Positions 49,382-60,582 of a DNA stretch of 64,000 bases are shown piece after piece. How positions within the stretch are numbered: position 1 is the first letter of the stretch; every line of letters starts with the position of its first letter. The stretch spans positions 3,360,001-3,424,000 of the forward strand of contig OY970192.1 in assembly GCA_963708135.1 (NCBI GenBank). The letters are read 5' to 3'. The position numbers and the translations under genes were made by a program. The DNA is from an uncultured Gemmatimonadales bacterium (GTDB taxonomy: Bacteria > Gemmatimonadota > Gemmatimonadetes > Longimicrobiales > RSA9). The notes below the pieces were generated by a model. It had not been told where the DNA came from. It worked only from the letters and a program-made list of their open reading frames with translations, and ran no database searches.

Positions 49382-50373
49382 TAGTCCCCCACGAGCACGC
49401 TGTGGTCGGCCACGGTCACGCTGCCCGCCACCCGCTCGATGCGCACCGAGGCGCCGATCAGCGAGTCGTGCAGGGCGCAGCCCTCGATGGTCGTCTCGCC
49501 GCCCACGATGCAGTCGCGCAGCGTGGAGTCCCGGACCACGCACCCGCTCTCGAGGGTGACGTTCGGCCCGATCTCGCAGCTCTCGAGCGTGACTCCCTCC
49601 TCGACCCGCACCGGGGCGTGCACGCGCACGTTCTCGCCGCCGAGCGGCGGCTGGGCGCGGCCGGTCTCGAGCAGGTGGCGGTTGGTCTCGATGAGGGTGC
49701 CGACCTGGCCGCAGTCGTACCAGCCGGCCACCTCGCCCACGCGGATGCGGGCGCCGTGGTCGATCATGTACTGGAACGCGTCGGTGATGTAGAACTCGCC
49801 GGACGGCCCGGGCGGTCCCTCGAGCGTGTGGTTCACGCCCTCGTAGAAGAGCTTCCAGTCGCGGATGTAGTAGAGTCCAATGTTGGCCAGCTTCGAGATC
49901 GGGTCCTGCGGCTTCTCGACGATGCGCTTCATGTAGCCATCGTCATCGGTGACGATGACGCCGAAGCGCTGGTAATCCTCGACCTCGCGCGCCCAGATCA
50001 CGCCCGCCTCGTCCTCCGGCAGCCGCCGGGCGAGGGTGAGGTCGGCATCGAAGAGGGTATCCACGAAGATGATCAGCACGTCCTGGTCGATCCGGTCCTC
50101 CGCCAGCTTCACGGCGCCGGCGGTGCCGTTCTGCACCGGCTGCTCCACGAAATGCGGGCGGAAGCCGGGGTAGCTGTCGCGGATGTAGTCCTCGATGGAC
50201 TCCTTCAGGTAGCCGGTGATGAAGACGATCTCCTCGACGTCCAGCGCCTGGAGGTCGTCGAGGATGTAGCTCATGACCGGCCGGCCGCCCACGTGCAGCA
50301 GCGGCTTCGGCGTGTGGTAGGTCAGCGGCCGCAGCCGCGTGCCCTTCCCGGCCAGGGGAATGATGACTTTCAC
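49381..50373 (-). CDS. Sugar-phosphate nucleotidyltransferase (glucose-1-phosphate thymidylyltransferase-like)
   Basis: IPLAGKGTRLRPLT..PKPL, VEKP, EFYITDA, WYDCG, C-terminal hexapeptide repeats. Confidence 0.92.
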   Translation of the reverse strand: MKVIIPLAGKGTRLRPLTYHTPKPLLHVGGRPVMSYILDDLQALDVEEIVFITGYLKESIEDYIRDSYPGFRPHFVEQPVQNGTAGAVKLAEDRIDQDVLIIFVDTLFDADLTLARRLPEDEAGVIWAREVEDYQRFGVIVTDDDGYMKRIVEKPQDPISKLANIGLYYIRDWKLFYEGVNHTLEGPPGPSGEFYITDAFQYMIDHGARIRVGEVAGWYDCGQVGTLIETNRHLLETGRAQPPLGGENVRVHAPVRVEEGVTLESCEIGPNVTLESGCVVRDSTLRDCIVGGETTIEGCALHDSLIGASVRIERVAGSVTVADHSVLVGD

Positions 50374-50572
50374 GAACAGCCTCCGAGCGTGCGCGATCGT
50401 TCCCGGCGCCGCGGCCGCGGCGCGGCTCCCGCCCCCGACGCACGGATGATTCCAGCGCCCCAGTGGCCCCGCGTCCGCTTCTTGCTTCCTCACCCGCGCC
50501 CCGGGGGGCGGGCGTGCCGCGCCGAAGATGGCGGCGCGCCGGCGGGGCGTCAATCGAGCGGCGGAGGCACGA

Positions 50573-51397
50573 ATGGCGCGCGCGACGGCGCACGAGGTCT
50601 TCAACAGCGTGATGGCGTCCGCCCGCGCGGAGCTCGACCGCTCCTCGCTCGGCCTCGCCTTCTCCGGGCTGTCCGCGGGGCTCAACATCGGCTTCAGCTT
50701 CGTGGCGGTCGCCGCCGTGCTCGGCATCGCGGGCGCCGGCGGCTCCGGCGCGCTGCTCGCCGCCGTTGCGTATCCCGTGGGATTCATCATCATCATCCTC
50801 GCCCGGGCACAGCTCTTCACGGAGAACACGCTGACGCCCGTGCTCCTGGTGCTCGACGAGTTCACGCGCGAGAACCTGCTGAACACGCTGCGTCTCTGGG
50901 GCGTCGTGCTCGCATCGAACCTGCTCGGCGCGTTCCTCTTCTCGCTGCTGCTGGCGGAGTTCAGGATCGCGCCGCACATCGAGCTGGGCTGGCTGGTCGC
51001 GGCGGCGCGCGCGGCGTACGAGGGAGCCTGGGGCGAGCAGTTCGTGCGCGGACTGCTGGGCGGCTGGCTCATCGCGATCATGGTCTGGACGCTGCACGTC
51101 GGCGAGAGCGCGCTGGCGGAGATCGTCCTCGTCTGGATCGCGGCGTTCCTCATCCAGCTCGCCGGCTTCAGCCACAGCATCGCCGGCGCCGTGGAGGTGC
51201 TCTTTCTCGCGCACCAGGGGGTCATCACCTACCTTGACTGGTTACTGCGGTTCCAGATCCCGGTCACGCTCGGCAACATCGCCGGCGGCGTCGTCTTCGT
51301 GAGCCTCGTCAACTACGCCCAGGTGGTCGGCGCGGGACACGACGTCGAGGTCGCGGAGCGGCGTGAGGAGCTGGAGGCCGCGAAGGGAGAATCATGA
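50573..51397 (+). CDS. Formate/nitrite transporter family protein (YfdC-like)
   Basis: YPVGF, QLFTENTL, HSIAG, TLGNIAGG. Confidence 0.9.
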   Translation: MARATAHEVFNSVMASARAELDRSSLGLAFSGLSAGLNIGFSFVAVAAVLGIAGAGGSGALLAAVAYPVGFIIIILARAQLFTENTLTPVLLVLDEFTRENLLNTLRLWGVVLASNLLGAFLFSLLLAEFRIAPHIELGWLVAAARAAYEGAWGEQFVRGLLGGWLIAIMVWTLHVGESALAEIVLVWIAAFLIQLAGFSHSIAGAVEVLFLAHQGVITYLDWLLRFQIPVTLGNIAGGVVFVSLVNYAQVVGAGHDVEVAERREELEAAKGES

Positions 51398-52131
51398 GGA
51401 GACACGCTTTCATCGTCCTGGCGCTCGCCCTCTCCGGCGGCGGCGCCGGCGCCGCGGCCCAGCAGCCGGGCGCGGGCGCGGCCGCCGCCCGGCGCCCGCC
51501 GCGCACCGTCACGGTCAGCGCGACCGCGAGCGTCCAGCGCCAGCCCGACCAGGCGGCCGTCTCGCTGGCCGTCGAGACCCACGCCGCCACCGCCAAGGCC
51601 GCCGTCCAGCAGAACGCCGAGCGCATGAACGCGCTCATGGCCACGCTCCGGAAACAGGGGCTCGCGGAGAAGGACATCCGCACGGTCGGCTACGACCTCT
51701 CCCCCGAATACGAGCAGCGCACCGGGCCGCAGACCACCCCGCCCAGGATCGTCGGCTACCGCGCGCAGAACACGGTGCGCGTGGTGGTCTCCGGCGTCGA
51801 GAAGGTCGGCCCGCTCCTGGACGCCGTCGTCGCGAGCGGCGCGAACCGCGTCATGGGGATCGACTTCCAGCTCGCGGATCCGCTGGCGGCGCGCACCGAC
51901 GCGCTCAAGGCCGCCGTGGCGCAGGCGCGCCGCGAGGCCGAGGCCGTTGCCGGCGCCGCGGGCCAGCGGCTGGGAGAGCTGCTCGATCTCTCCACGGGCG
52001 GCGCGGCGCCCCCGCCGCGGCCCATGTTCGCCGCCCGCGCCGAGATGGCAGCACCCACGCCGATATTGCCCGGTGAGCTCGAGGTCACGGCCTCCGTCAC
52101 GGCCGTCTACGCCCTGGAGCCGGCGGGGTGA
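51394..52131 (+). CDS. SIMPL (DUF541) domain protein
   Basis: Signal peptide; PD.A, DIRT, GY.A.N, GAN, PGELEV. Confidence 0.9.
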   Translation: MRRHAFIVLALALSGGGAGAAAQQPGAGAAAARRPPRTVTVSATASVQRQPDQAAVSLAVETHAATAKAAVQQNAERMNALMATLRKQGLAEKDIRTVGYDLSPEYEQRTGPQTTPPRIVGYRAQNTVRVVVSGVEKVGPLLDAVVASGANRVMGIDFQLADPLAARTDALKAAVAQARREAEAVAGAAGQRLGELLDLSTGGAAPPPRPMFAARAEMAAPTPILPGELEVTASVTAVYALEPAG

Positions 52132-52661
52132 GCCTCCCCGCGCCGTGGCGCGGCCTTACGGAAAACGCCGCCCGGACCGAGGCGGCCTCCCCCGATCCGC
52201 GGCTCCGCGGGCGCACCTACGCCATTCCCTTCGAGCGCGTCTGGCGCGCCGCGCTGGCGCTGGCGGCCGAGCCGCCCGGCTGGCGCGTCGTCGGCGCCGA
52301 CGACCTCGAGGGAGTCATCCGGGCGGAGACCACCAGCCGCCTGTTCCACCGTCTGGCCGACGTGCAGATCCGCGTCACCCTCGACGAGAACGCGCAGACG
52401 CGCGTGGACGCCCGCTCCGCCTCCCGCACGGCGCGGGCCGACCTGGGCGCCAACGCCCGCCGCCTGCGCCGCTTCTTCCGCCGCCTCGACCGCGCGCTCG
52501 CCCGCGGCGCGGCAAGCTCCGGCTCCAGCTCCGGCACCGCTCCCGCCACCCCGCCGCCGCCCTCCGCCCCGCCGGCGCCGGTGCGGCGGACGGGCGAGGC
52601 AGGGACCGGCGCGACCGCTTCGGCCTCCGCGGCGCGCAATCCGGTGGCGGACCGCGCCTGA
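52128..52661 (+). CDS. DUF1499 family protein
   Basis: VDARSASRTARADLGANARR motif; GTGA overlap. Confidence 0.8.
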   Translation: MSLPAPWRGLTENAARTEAASPDPRLRGRTYAIPFERVWRAALALAAEPPGWRVVGADDLEGVIRAETTSRLFHRLADVQIRVTLDENAQTRVDARSASRTARADLGANARRLRRFFRRLDRALARGAASSGSSSGTAPATPPPPSAPPAPVRRTGEAGTGATASASAARNPVADRA

Positions 52662-52666
52662 GCCGC

Positions 52667-53524
52667 ATGGACGTCATCGACTTCCACACGCACCCCTACC
52701 GCCCCGAGGACCTCGCGCCGGGCACGCGCGCATTCATCCGCGGCGTCTCGCGCGCGCTGGCCGAGCATGGCGATCGCCTGCGCGAGCCCGCCTACACCGC
52801 CGAGCTGCTGCGCGGGCAGGGGATCTCCCGCGCGGTCGTGCTGCCGGAGCACTGCCCCGCCACCTCGGGCAACGTCCGCACCGAGCGCGTGCTCGAGTAC
52901 TGCGCCGAGGTGCCCGAGTTCTTCCTCCCGTTCGCCTCGGTCGATCCGGTGACCGACCCCGAGCCCGCGCGGCTGCTGCGCGACTACGCGGCCGCGGGCG
53001 CCGTCGGGCTCAAGCTCTACCCGTCCTACCAGTTCTTCTACCCGAACGACCCGGCCCTCTACCCGATCTACGAGGCCTGCCAGGAGCTGCGGCTCCCGCT
53101 GCTCCTCCACATCGGCAGCTCCGTCATCCCCGGCACGCGCATGAAGTACTGCGACCCGATCCACCTCGATGACGTGGCCGTGGACTTCCCCGACCTCGCC
53201 ATCGTCATGGCCCACGGCGGCCGCGGCCTGTGGACGGACGCCTGCGGCTTCCTGGCCGCGCACCACTCGAACGTCTACATCGACGTGACCGGCCTCGTCC
53301 CCGAGCGGCTGCTCCAGCTCTTCCCCCGCCTCGAGCGGATCGCGCACAAGGTGGTCTTCGGCAGCGATTTCCCCGCCATGCCCCGCTCGCCCGGCGAGAA
53401 CGTCCGCACCATCGCCGGGCTCGGCCTCGCGCCCGACGCCCTGCGCCGGATCCTGCGCGGCACCGCCGCCCGCCTGCTCCGCCTGGACGGCGACGCACCC
53501 GCCGACGACCCCGGTGATGCCTGA
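52667..53524 (+). CDS. Amidohydrolase family protein (Amidohydro_2)
   Basis: IDFHTH, GLKLYP, LHIG, MAHGG, FGSDFP. Confidence 0.9.
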   Translation: MDVIDFHTHPYRPEDLAPGTRAFIRGVSRALAEHGDRLREPAYTAELLRGQGISRAVVLPEHCPATSGNVRTERVLEYCAEVPEFFLPFASVDPVTDPEPARLLRDYAAAGAVGLKLYPSYQFFYPNDPALYPIYEACQELRLPLLLHIGSSVIPGTRMKYCDPIHLDDVAVDFPDLAIVMAHGGRGLWTDACGFLAAHHSNVYIDVTGLVPERLLQLFPRLERIAHKVVFGSDFPAMPRSPGENVRTIAGLGLAPDALRRILRGTAARLLRLDGDAPADDPGDA

Positions 53525-54836
53525 GCTTCCCGGCACCGCCCTGTCCCCTGCGGTCGCCCGGCTCGAGGGGGCGCTCGTCGTCGCCTGCGACGACGCCGGC
53601 ACGATCGCGCCGCTCACGGTCGTCGTGGTGGGCGAGCGCATCGCGGCCGTGGGCGAGCCCGACGCGATGCGTGCGCGCTTCCCCGCCGCCGACGCCATCG
53701 ACTGCACCGGCCGGGTGCTCCTGCCGGGACTCGTGAACGCGCACCTGCACGCCGAGCTGCACGTGCTCAAGGGGGCCGTCGAGGAGCTGGGGCTGCACGA
53801 CTGGGAGGAGGCGGACGCCTTCGACGGCGCGCTGGGCGTGCTCTCCGCGACGGATGGCCGGTGGATCCAGCGCGCGGCGATCCGCGCCGCGCTGGCGGAC
53901 TCGCTGCTCTCCGGCACCACCGGCGTCGGCACCTACGGCGTGACGCTCGGCGCGGACGAGGTGGCCCGCGAGGAGATCCCCGCGCTCGGCCTGCGCGGGC
54001 TGGTCACGATCCGCGATCCCGGGTTCGGGGCCCGCGCCTACGACCCCGTCGTGCCGCACGTCTACCGGCTGCACGCGGAGGAGGCGCTCACGGAGGCGGA
54101 GCTCGCCGCGGCCGCGATCGCCCACGCGCGCGGCGATCGGCTGGTCATGCACGCCGCGGAGACCGAGCACCGCATCTCTCTGGCGCGAGAGCGCTTCGGC
54201 GCGAGCACGATCCGGCTGCTCGAGGCGCGCGGGCTGCTGTCCCCGCGCATGCTGCTGTCCCACGCCGTCCACGTTGACGAGGAGGAGCGCGCGCTCGTCG
54301 CCGCGCGCGGGGCACCGGTCCTCAGCTCGCCCGCGGCGGAGCTCAAGCTCGCCGACGGCATCGCCCCGGTGGCGGACTACCTGCAGCGCGGCGCGACCGT
54401 CGCGCTCGGCACGGATGCGGCCGTGTGCAACAACGGCAACGACATGTTCCTGGAGATGCGCCAGCTCGGCCTCGTGCAGAAGCTCCGCTGGGGCGCGGCG
54501 GCCATGCCGGCGGAGCAGATCTTGCGCATGGCGACCCGGCACGGCGCGCGCGTGCTGTACGGCTCCGGGCGCGCCGGGATGATCGCCGAAGGCAGGCTGG
54601 CGGACCTGGTCCTGGTCAACCTCGGCACGCTGCGAATGCAGCCGGCGGTGCACCGCGACGGCCACTCCAACGTGGCCGCGAACCTCGTCTACGCCGCCAC
54701 CGGCCAGGACGTTACGGACGTGATGATCGGCGGGCGCTGGATCGTGCGGGGGCGGCGCCTCCGGACCGCGGAGGAAGACGCGGTGGTGGAGGCGCTCGCG
54801 CGCGCGGCCACCGCCCTCTACGACCGGATCCCCTGA
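53514..54836 (+). CDS. Amidohydrolase, MTA/SAH deaminase-like
   Basis: PGLVNAHLH, MHAAET, SHAVH, LGTD, ADLVLV. Confidence 0.88.
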   Translation: MMPELPGTALSPAVARLEGALVVACDDAGTIAPLTVVVVGERIAAVGEPDAMRARFPAADAIDCTGRVLLPGLVNAHLHAELHVLKGAVEELGLHDWEEADAFDGALGVLSATDGRWIQRAAIRAALADSLLSGTTGVGTYGVTLGADEVAREEIPALGLRGLVTIRDPGFGARAYDPVVPHVYRLHAEEALTEAELAAAAIAHARGDRLVMHAAETEHRISLARERFGASTIRLLEARGLLSPRMLLSHAVHVDEEERALVAARGAPVLSSPAAELKLADGIAPVADYLQRGATVALGTDAAVCNNGNDMFLEMRQLGLVQKLRWGAAAMPAEQILRMATRHGARVLYGSGRAGMIAEGRLADLVLVNLGTLRMQPAVHRDGHSNVAANLVYAATGQDVTDVMIGGRWIVRGRRLRTAEEDAVVEALARAATALYDRIP

Positions 54837-54839
54837 GCG

Positions 54840-57338
54840 ATGACGAAACCCACCAGACTCCCAGAGCTTCCCCGCCGCCTCCCGGTCCTGCCGCTGCGCA
54901 GCACCGTCGTCTTCCCGATGGGCGCGGTCGGCGTGCAGATCGGCATGTCGAGCTCCCTCGAAATGCTCTCCGCCCACCCCGCCGACCCGCTGCTCCTCGC
55001 CCTCGTCGTGGCGCCCGGCGGGCCGGACGACCCGATCGAGGCCAGGGGGCTGCGCAAGATCGGCATGGCCGCCCGCCTCTCGGACCGGCTGAACCTCCCC
55101 GGCGGCACCGTGCAGGGCACCCTTCAGGGGCTGCAGCGGATCCGGCTCAGCGGCGTCGCCGAGACGGAGGGCTATTTCATGGCCCGCGTCGAGGCGGCAC
55201 GGGAGGAGCCCGCGCCGGAGGGGACGGCGGAGACGCACATCGCGCGCATCCTCATCACCCTCGAGGCGCTCTCCGCCGAGGTGGAGCGGATCCCCCGCGA
55301 GGTGCCGCGCATCCTGCGCATGAACGTGGCCGATCCGGGCCGCTTCGCGGACCTGGTCGCGAACCTGGCCAACTTCAGCGTCGCCGGGAAGGAGGAGGTG
55401 CTGCGCCGCCTCTCCGTGGAGGACCGGCTCCGCTACATCGAGGACGAGCTCGAGCGGCAGCTCGAGAAGGTCCACCGCATCCAGGAGCAGCAGAACGCCG
55501 CGGCCGCCGCCGCGGAGGCGGCGCCGGAGACGCCCGAGCCGCGGGCGCGCCCCGCGGACCGCGCGGAGGAGCTCCGCCTCGAGATCCACCGGCTCCAGGC
55601 GGAGCTCGGGCAGGTCAACCCGGTCGAGCGCGAGGCCATCGAGGTGCTCCGCCGGATCGAGACGGCCGATCTGCCCGCGCGCGTGGCCGCGGACGCCCGC
55701 ATCGAGGTCGAGCACCTGCGCGGCGCCGGCTCGAGCGCGGAGGCCACGGACAGCCGCAACGCCATCGAATGGCTGCTACGCATGCCCTGGCGCTCGCACG
55801 CCGCCGGCGACGCGTCCGGCCTCTCGCTCAAGCGCGTGAAGGAGGAGCTGGACCGCGAGCTGCTCGGCCTCGAAGAGCCCAAGGACCGGCTGCTCGACTA
55901 CCTCGCCGTCGCCAAGCTGCGAGGCGACCTGCGCGGGCCGATCCCCTGCATCGTGGGGCCGCCGGACTGCGGCAAGAACTCGCTCGTGCGCGCCCTGGCC
56001 CGCGGCCTCGGCCGCCCGCTCGCGACCCTCGAGCTCGGCAACCGCGGCGAGGCCCAGCTCATCGGCCAGCGCCGCACCCGCCCCGGCGCGCAGCCCGGCA
56101 AGATCGCGCAGGCCCTGCGTGACGCCGCCGTGCGCGATCCCGTGCTGCTGCTCCACGAGATGGACGAGATCGGCCTCGGCAAGGTCGAGGGCGACCCGAT
56201 CGAGGCCATGGAAGAGGTGCTCACCTGGGACGGCCGCGAGACCTTCACCGACCGCTATCTCGACCTGCCTTTCGACCTGAGCGACGTCCTCTTCATCGCC
56301 ACCGCGCACGACTTCTACCGCATCCCGCGCGAGCTGCGCGAGCTCATGGTCGAGATCCGCCTCGCCGGCTACACCCCCGAGGAGAAGGTCGACATCACGG
56401 AGCGGCGCCTGCTCGGCCGCCTGATCGAGGAGCACGGGCTCCAGGAAGGCGACGTCGCCTTCTCCGAGCCCGTCCTCTTCTTCCTCGCCCGCGGCTACGC
56501 CCGCGATGCCGGCCTCGGCGCCATGCGGCGCGCCCTCTCCACCCTGCTCCGCACCCGCGCCCGCGCGAAGGCGCAGGGCGAGATGGGCACCTGGGAGTTC
56601 GACCCCGACCGCGTAGAGAAGATCCTCGGCCTGCCCCGCTACGTCGCCACTCCCGCCGAGAGCGCCCCCGAGATCGGCGTCGTCACCGGCCTCGCGTGGA
56701 CCGCCGCCGGCGGCGAGCTCATGTTCATCGAGGCGCTCCGCATGCCCGGCTCCGGCCGCCTCATCATCACCGGCCTGCTCGGCGACGTCATGCGCGAGTC
56801 CGTCAACGCCGCCTACTCCTACGTCCGCAGCCGCGGCGATGCGCTCGGCATCAGCGAGGAGATCTTCACCGACCACGACGTGCACGTCCACTTCCCCGTG
56901 GGCGCCATCCCCAAGGACGGCCCCTCGGCCGGCATCGCCGTCACCCTCGCCATCGCCTCCAGCCTGGCCAACCGCCCCGTCCGCCACGACATCGCCATGA
57001 CCGGCGAGGTCACGCTGCGCGGCAAGGTGCTCGAGATCGGCGGCGTCAAGGAGAAGGTCCTCGCCGCCTACCGCGCCGGGCTCCGCGAGATCATCCTGCC
57101 GCGCAACAACGAGCGCGACCTGCGCGATGTCCCCGACGACGTGCGCGACAAGATCGAGTTCCACTACGTCAACCGCATGGACGACGTGGTGAAGCTCGCG
57201 CTGCTCCCCGCCATCGCGTCCTCGCGCGGCGGGAAGAAGGGCCGCCGCCCCGAGCCCAAGGAGCGGCGCGACGAGGAGGAGCCCCACCGCCGCCCGCGCA
57301 CCACGCCGCGGGCGGCCCGGAGCGGCGAGCGCGACTAG
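54840..57338 (+). CDS. lon: Lon protease homologue with degenerate AAA+ motifs
   Basis: LPVLPLR N-domain, [32 protein letters not shown]; Walker motifs altered. Confidence 0.9.
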   Translation: MTKPTRLPELPRRLPVLPLRSTVVFPMGAVGVQIGMSSSLEMLSAHPADPLLLALVVAPGGPDDPIEARGLRKIGMAARLSDRLNLPGGTVQGTLQGLQRIRLSGVAETEGYFMARVEAAREEPAPEGTAETHIARILITLEALSAEVERIPREVPRILRMNVADPGRFADLVANLANFSVAGKEEVLRRLSVEDRLRYIEDELERQLEKVHRIQEQQNAAAAAAEAAPETPEPRARPADRAEELRLEIHRLQAELGQVNPVEREAIEVLRRIETADLPARVAADARIEVEHLRGAGSSAEATDSRNAIEWLLRMPWRSHAAGDASGLSLKRVKEELDRELLGLEEPKDRLLDYLAVAKLRGDLRGPIPCIVGPPDCGKNSLVRALARGLGRPLATLELGNRGEAQLIGQRRTRPGAQPGKIAQALRDAAVRDPVLLLHEMDEIGLGKVEGDPIEAMEEVLTWDGRETFTDRYLDLPFDLSDVLFIATAHDFYRIPRELRELMVEIRLAGYTPEEKVDITERRLLGRLIEEHGLQEGDVAFSEPVLFFLARGYARDAGLGAMRRALSTLLRTRARAKAQGEMGTWEFDPDRVEKILGLPRYVATPAESAPEIGVVTGLAWTAAGGELMFIEALRMPGSGRLIITGLLGDVMRESVNAAYSYVRSRGDALGISEEIFTDHDVHVHFPVGAIPKDGPSAGIAVTLAIASSLANRPVRHDIAMTGEVTLRGKVLEIGGVKEKVLAAYRAGLREIILPRNNERDLRDVPDDVRDKIEFHYVNRMDDVVKLALLPAIASSRGGKKGRRPEPKERRDEEEPHRRPRTTPRAARSGERD

Positions 57339-57469
57339 AGGCGAGCCCGGGCGGGTGCGCGGCCGCCTCTCGATTCACGGGCGGGCCCGTGGTACCTTTC
57401 GCCCGCCCGTGCGCGGGACGGACCCCGCGCGCCGGACCCGATCCCGAGTCCGAGTCCCGAGTCCCGAGT

Positions 57470-59035
57470 ATGGTCTCCACGGCGCAGACCGCCGTCTCGA
57501 TCCTCTTCGGCGCCATCGCCGGCGGCGTGACGAACGCCGTCGCCGTGTGGATGCTGTTCCACCCGTACGAGCCGCCGAACGTCTTCGGCCGGCCGTTCCG
57601 GCTGTTCCAGGGCGCCATCCCGAAGAACAAGGCGCGCCTCGCCGCGGCCGTCGGCCGCACCGTCGGCACGCAGCTCCTGACCTCCGAGGACCTGGCCCGC
57701 ACGGTCGGGCAGCCGGGCTTTCGCGAGGCCTTCGACGAGCGGCTGTCCGCCTTCCTCGAGGGCGTCCTGGAACGCGAGTGGGGCTCGCTCTCGGAGCTGC
57801 TCCCGGCTCCGCTCCTCGCCGAGCTGCGTGTCGTGCTGGATGGCGCGGCCGAGGGGCTGCTCGAGCGGCTGGACGAATACCTCGCGGACGAGGAGTTCCG
57901 GGGCGCGGCGCACCGCTGGGCGCGGGATCTCGCGGACGAGCTGCGGGACCGGCCGCTCGCGCAGCTGCTCACCCCCGAGCGGCAGGCGGACCTCGCGGCG
58001 CGCGCGGACGGCTGGGTCGCCGACGTGCTCGGCGGCGACGGCTTCCAGCGCGCCATCCAGGACTACCTCGACCGCAGCGCCGAACGCCTGCTGCGGCCGG
58101 GGCGCACCTTCCAGGACCTCCTGCCGCAGGGCCTCGTCTCCGCCGTCGAGCGCGCCATCGGCGGCTACCTGCCGCTCGCGCTCGAGCGGCTGGGCGGGAT
58201 GCTCGAGCGGCCGGAGGTCCACGAGCGCCTCGAGCGCGTGCTGCACGAGATCCTCAACCGGTTCATGCGCGACCTGCGCTTCCACCAGCGCCTCGTCGCT
58301 TCCCTCGTCATCACCCCCGAGACCATCGACAAGGTGCTCGCGGCCATCGAGCGCGACGGCGCGGGCAAGATCTCCGAGCTCCTCCAGGAGCCCGAGATGC
58401 GCGACGCCACCGCCCGCAGCGTCAACGACGCCATCGTCGACTTCCTGCGCCGGCCCGTCAACGCCACCCTCGGCCGCCCCGGCGAGCCGAGCGTCGAGGA
58501 GGCCAAGGACACCGTCTCCGGCTGGGTCCTCGGCGTGGCGCGCGACGAGCACACGCGCGCCTTCCTCATCGAGCGCCTGAAGGCGACGCTGGCGTCCGCC
58601 GAGCACCGGACCTGGGGCGACCTCTTCCGCCACGTCCCGCCCGACCGCATCGCCGACGCGCTTGTCTCCGCCGCCCGCTCCGAGCGCGCGCGCCAGGTCT
58701 ACCGCGAGACCACGGGCCGCCTGCTCGACCGCGCCCTCGACCGCCGCATCGGCCGCCCCATCGACCTGCTCGGCGAGGACGCGGCCCTGCGCATCGAGCG
58801 ATCCCTCGCCGAGCCGCTCTGGGGATGGCTCCAGGCGCAGGTCCCCGCCGTCGCCGGCAGGGTCGACATCGCCGGCAAGGTCGAGGAGCGCATCCTCGCC
58901 TTCCCCACCGCCAAGCTCGAGGCCCTCATCCGCAACGTCACCGAAAAGGAGCTCCGCCTCATCGTCCACCTCGGCTACCTCCTCGGCGCCATGATCGGCC
59001 TGCTGTCCGCGCTGACGGGGTATCTGTTCCGGTGA
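57470..59035 (+). CDS. DUF445 family membrane protein
   Basis: GGVTNAVAVWMLFHP, QGAIPK, ELRLIVHLGYLLG. Confidence 0.88.
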   Translation: MVSTAQTAVSILFGAIAGGVTNAVAVWMLFHPYEPPNVFGRPFRLFQGAIPKNKARLAAAVGRTVGTQLLTSEDLARTVGQPGFREAFDERLSAFLEGVLEREWGSLSELLPAPLLAELRVVLDGAAEGLLERLDEYLADEEFRGAAHRWARDLADELRDRPLAQLLTPERQADLAARADGWVADVLGGDGFQRAIQDYLDRSAERLLRPGRTFQDLLPQGLVSAVERAIGGYLPLALERLGGMLERPEVHERLERVLHEILNRFMRDLRFHQRLVASLVITPETIDKVLAAIERDGAGKISELLQEPEMRDATARSVNDAIVDFLRRPVNATLGRPGEPSVEEAKDTVSGWVLGVARDEHTRAFLIERLKATLASAEHRTWGDLFRHVPPDRIADALVSAARSERARQVYRETTGRLLDRALDRRIGRPIDLLGEDAALRIERSLAEPLWGWLQAQVPAVAGRVDIAGKVEERILAFPTAKLEALIRNVTEKELRLIVHLGYLLGAMIGLLSALTGYLFR

Positions 59036-59425
59036 TGCGGCGGCGCGGGGCGGTCCAGCTGGCGCAGGAGACAGCGTCTCCCCCGGCTTGGCGGTCGTCG
59101 TCCACGTGATCTTCAAAGGCGTTCCGTTCGCAGACGCTATGAACGCCGCCATCAAGTCCGTGGCGTGCTCATTAGCACGTACCGGCGCGTTGGCTCGCTG
59201 CCGGCCGCACCCTGGTGCATTGGCGCGCGGTTTCGCCAGGGCATCTCGTTTCACTCGCTCCCGGCTTACCTTGGGCGTTAGGTGACCACCGTCCCCTCTG
59301 GGGACGCAGGCGAAATGAAAACCGGGAGCGCACACGTGGAGACCGCTATCGCACAGCCACCGAAGCACTGGGCGCGGCGATCAGCATTGACCTACCTGAA
59401 GGCAGACATCGCAGTGGAGCGCCCA

Positions 59426-60415
59426 ATGAAGCTTCGCGTCCTGTGGTCGGTGGTTCCGATGGCGCTGCTCGTGCTCTCGACGGCTGCCGGATGCGTCTCG
59501 AAGGCGCACCCGCCGCAGGGGGAGGCGGCAAGTCCTGCGCGGCTGATGACACCCGGCGAACTCCAAGCGCTGCCGAGCTTGCCGCCGGACGAGCGAGTCG
59601 CGTACGGCAGTGACTCGAGTCAATTCGGCGAATTGCGCGTGCCGGCCGGTCCGGGCCCGCATCCGGTGGTGGTCCTCATTCACGGCGGCTGCTTCGAGGC
59701 GGCCTACGCGACCGCCCGCGACCTGGCAGCCATGGGCGATGCGCTCAAGGCGGACGGCATCGCGACCTGGAACATCGAGTATCGCCGGCTCGGCCAACCC
59801 GGCGGTGGGTGGCCGGGGACGTACCTGGACGTAGGACATGCCGTCGATCACCTGCGTGTGCTCGCCGCCGAGCACGCGCTGGACCTCAGCCGTGTTGTCA
59901 TTGTCGGGCATTCGGCTGGCGGACACCTGGCCATGTGGGCGGCGGCGCGCGCACGCGTGCCGACGGGGAGCCCCATTTCCACGGCAAGCCCTCTCCCGGT
60001 GCGCGGTGTCATCGACCTCGCCGGACCCGTCAACATGACGGCGAACATCCCACGATACCAGGCCCTCTGCCGGGACACGGTCATCACCGGCTTGCTCGGC
60101 GGCACGCCCGCGACGGTGCCGGAGCGCTACGCGCAGACCTCGCCGATCAAGCTGCTCCCGCTCGGGATCCCGCAGGTACTCGTCATTGGCGAACACGAGG
60201 AGTTCGTGCCCCGGCCGCTCGTGGAGGCCTATGCGCAGGCGGCCGCGAACGCCGGCGATCCGGTGCGCCTGATCGTCATCCCGCGCGTCGGCCACTTCGA
60301 GATCGCCAGCCCACGCGCCACCCCGTGGCCGCAGGTCGAGTCGGCAATCCGGGCCTTGCTGGATGGCAAGTTGCCTTCGGACGGCACGGTGCGCGGCGAC
60401 GGCCCACCGCGGTAG
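59426..60415 (+). CDS. Alpha/beta hydrolase (esterase), probable lipoprotein
   Basis: HGG, EYRR, GHSAGG nucleophile elbow, GHF. Confidence 0.88.
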   Translation: MKLRVLWSVVPMALLVLSTAAGCVSKAHPPQGEAASPARLMTPGELQALPSLPPDERVAYGSDSSQFGELRVPAGPGPHPVVVLIHGGCFEAAYATARDLAAMGDALKADGIATWNIEYRRLGQPGGGWPGTYLDVGHAVDHLRVLAAEHALDLSRVVIVGHSAGGHLAMWAAARARVPTGSPISTASPLPVRGVIDLAGPVNMTANIPRYQALCRDTVITGLLGGTPATVPERYAQTSPIKLLPLGIPQVLVIGEHEEFVPRPLVEAYAQAAANAGDPVRLIVIPRVGHFEIASPRATPWPQVESAIRALLDGKLPSDGTVRGDGPPR

Positions 60416-60582
60416 GCCGCTAGCATGCAATCGACCGGAACCAGCGCGGTGCGCGACGTACCCTGGCAGCCACCCGCGTTACCGTAGCCGCCTGTGCTCG
60501 TCGGCGAAGTGCGCCGCCTGCGTCGCTGCTACGTCGCTCGCCCGCAGCCTATCACGACGTTGGACGGCGCTGGACGGAGCCG

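Noticed and set aside
57441..57469. (CCCGAGT)n heptamer before the DUF445 gene
   Set aside because: Only about 4 imperfect copies; no supportable function
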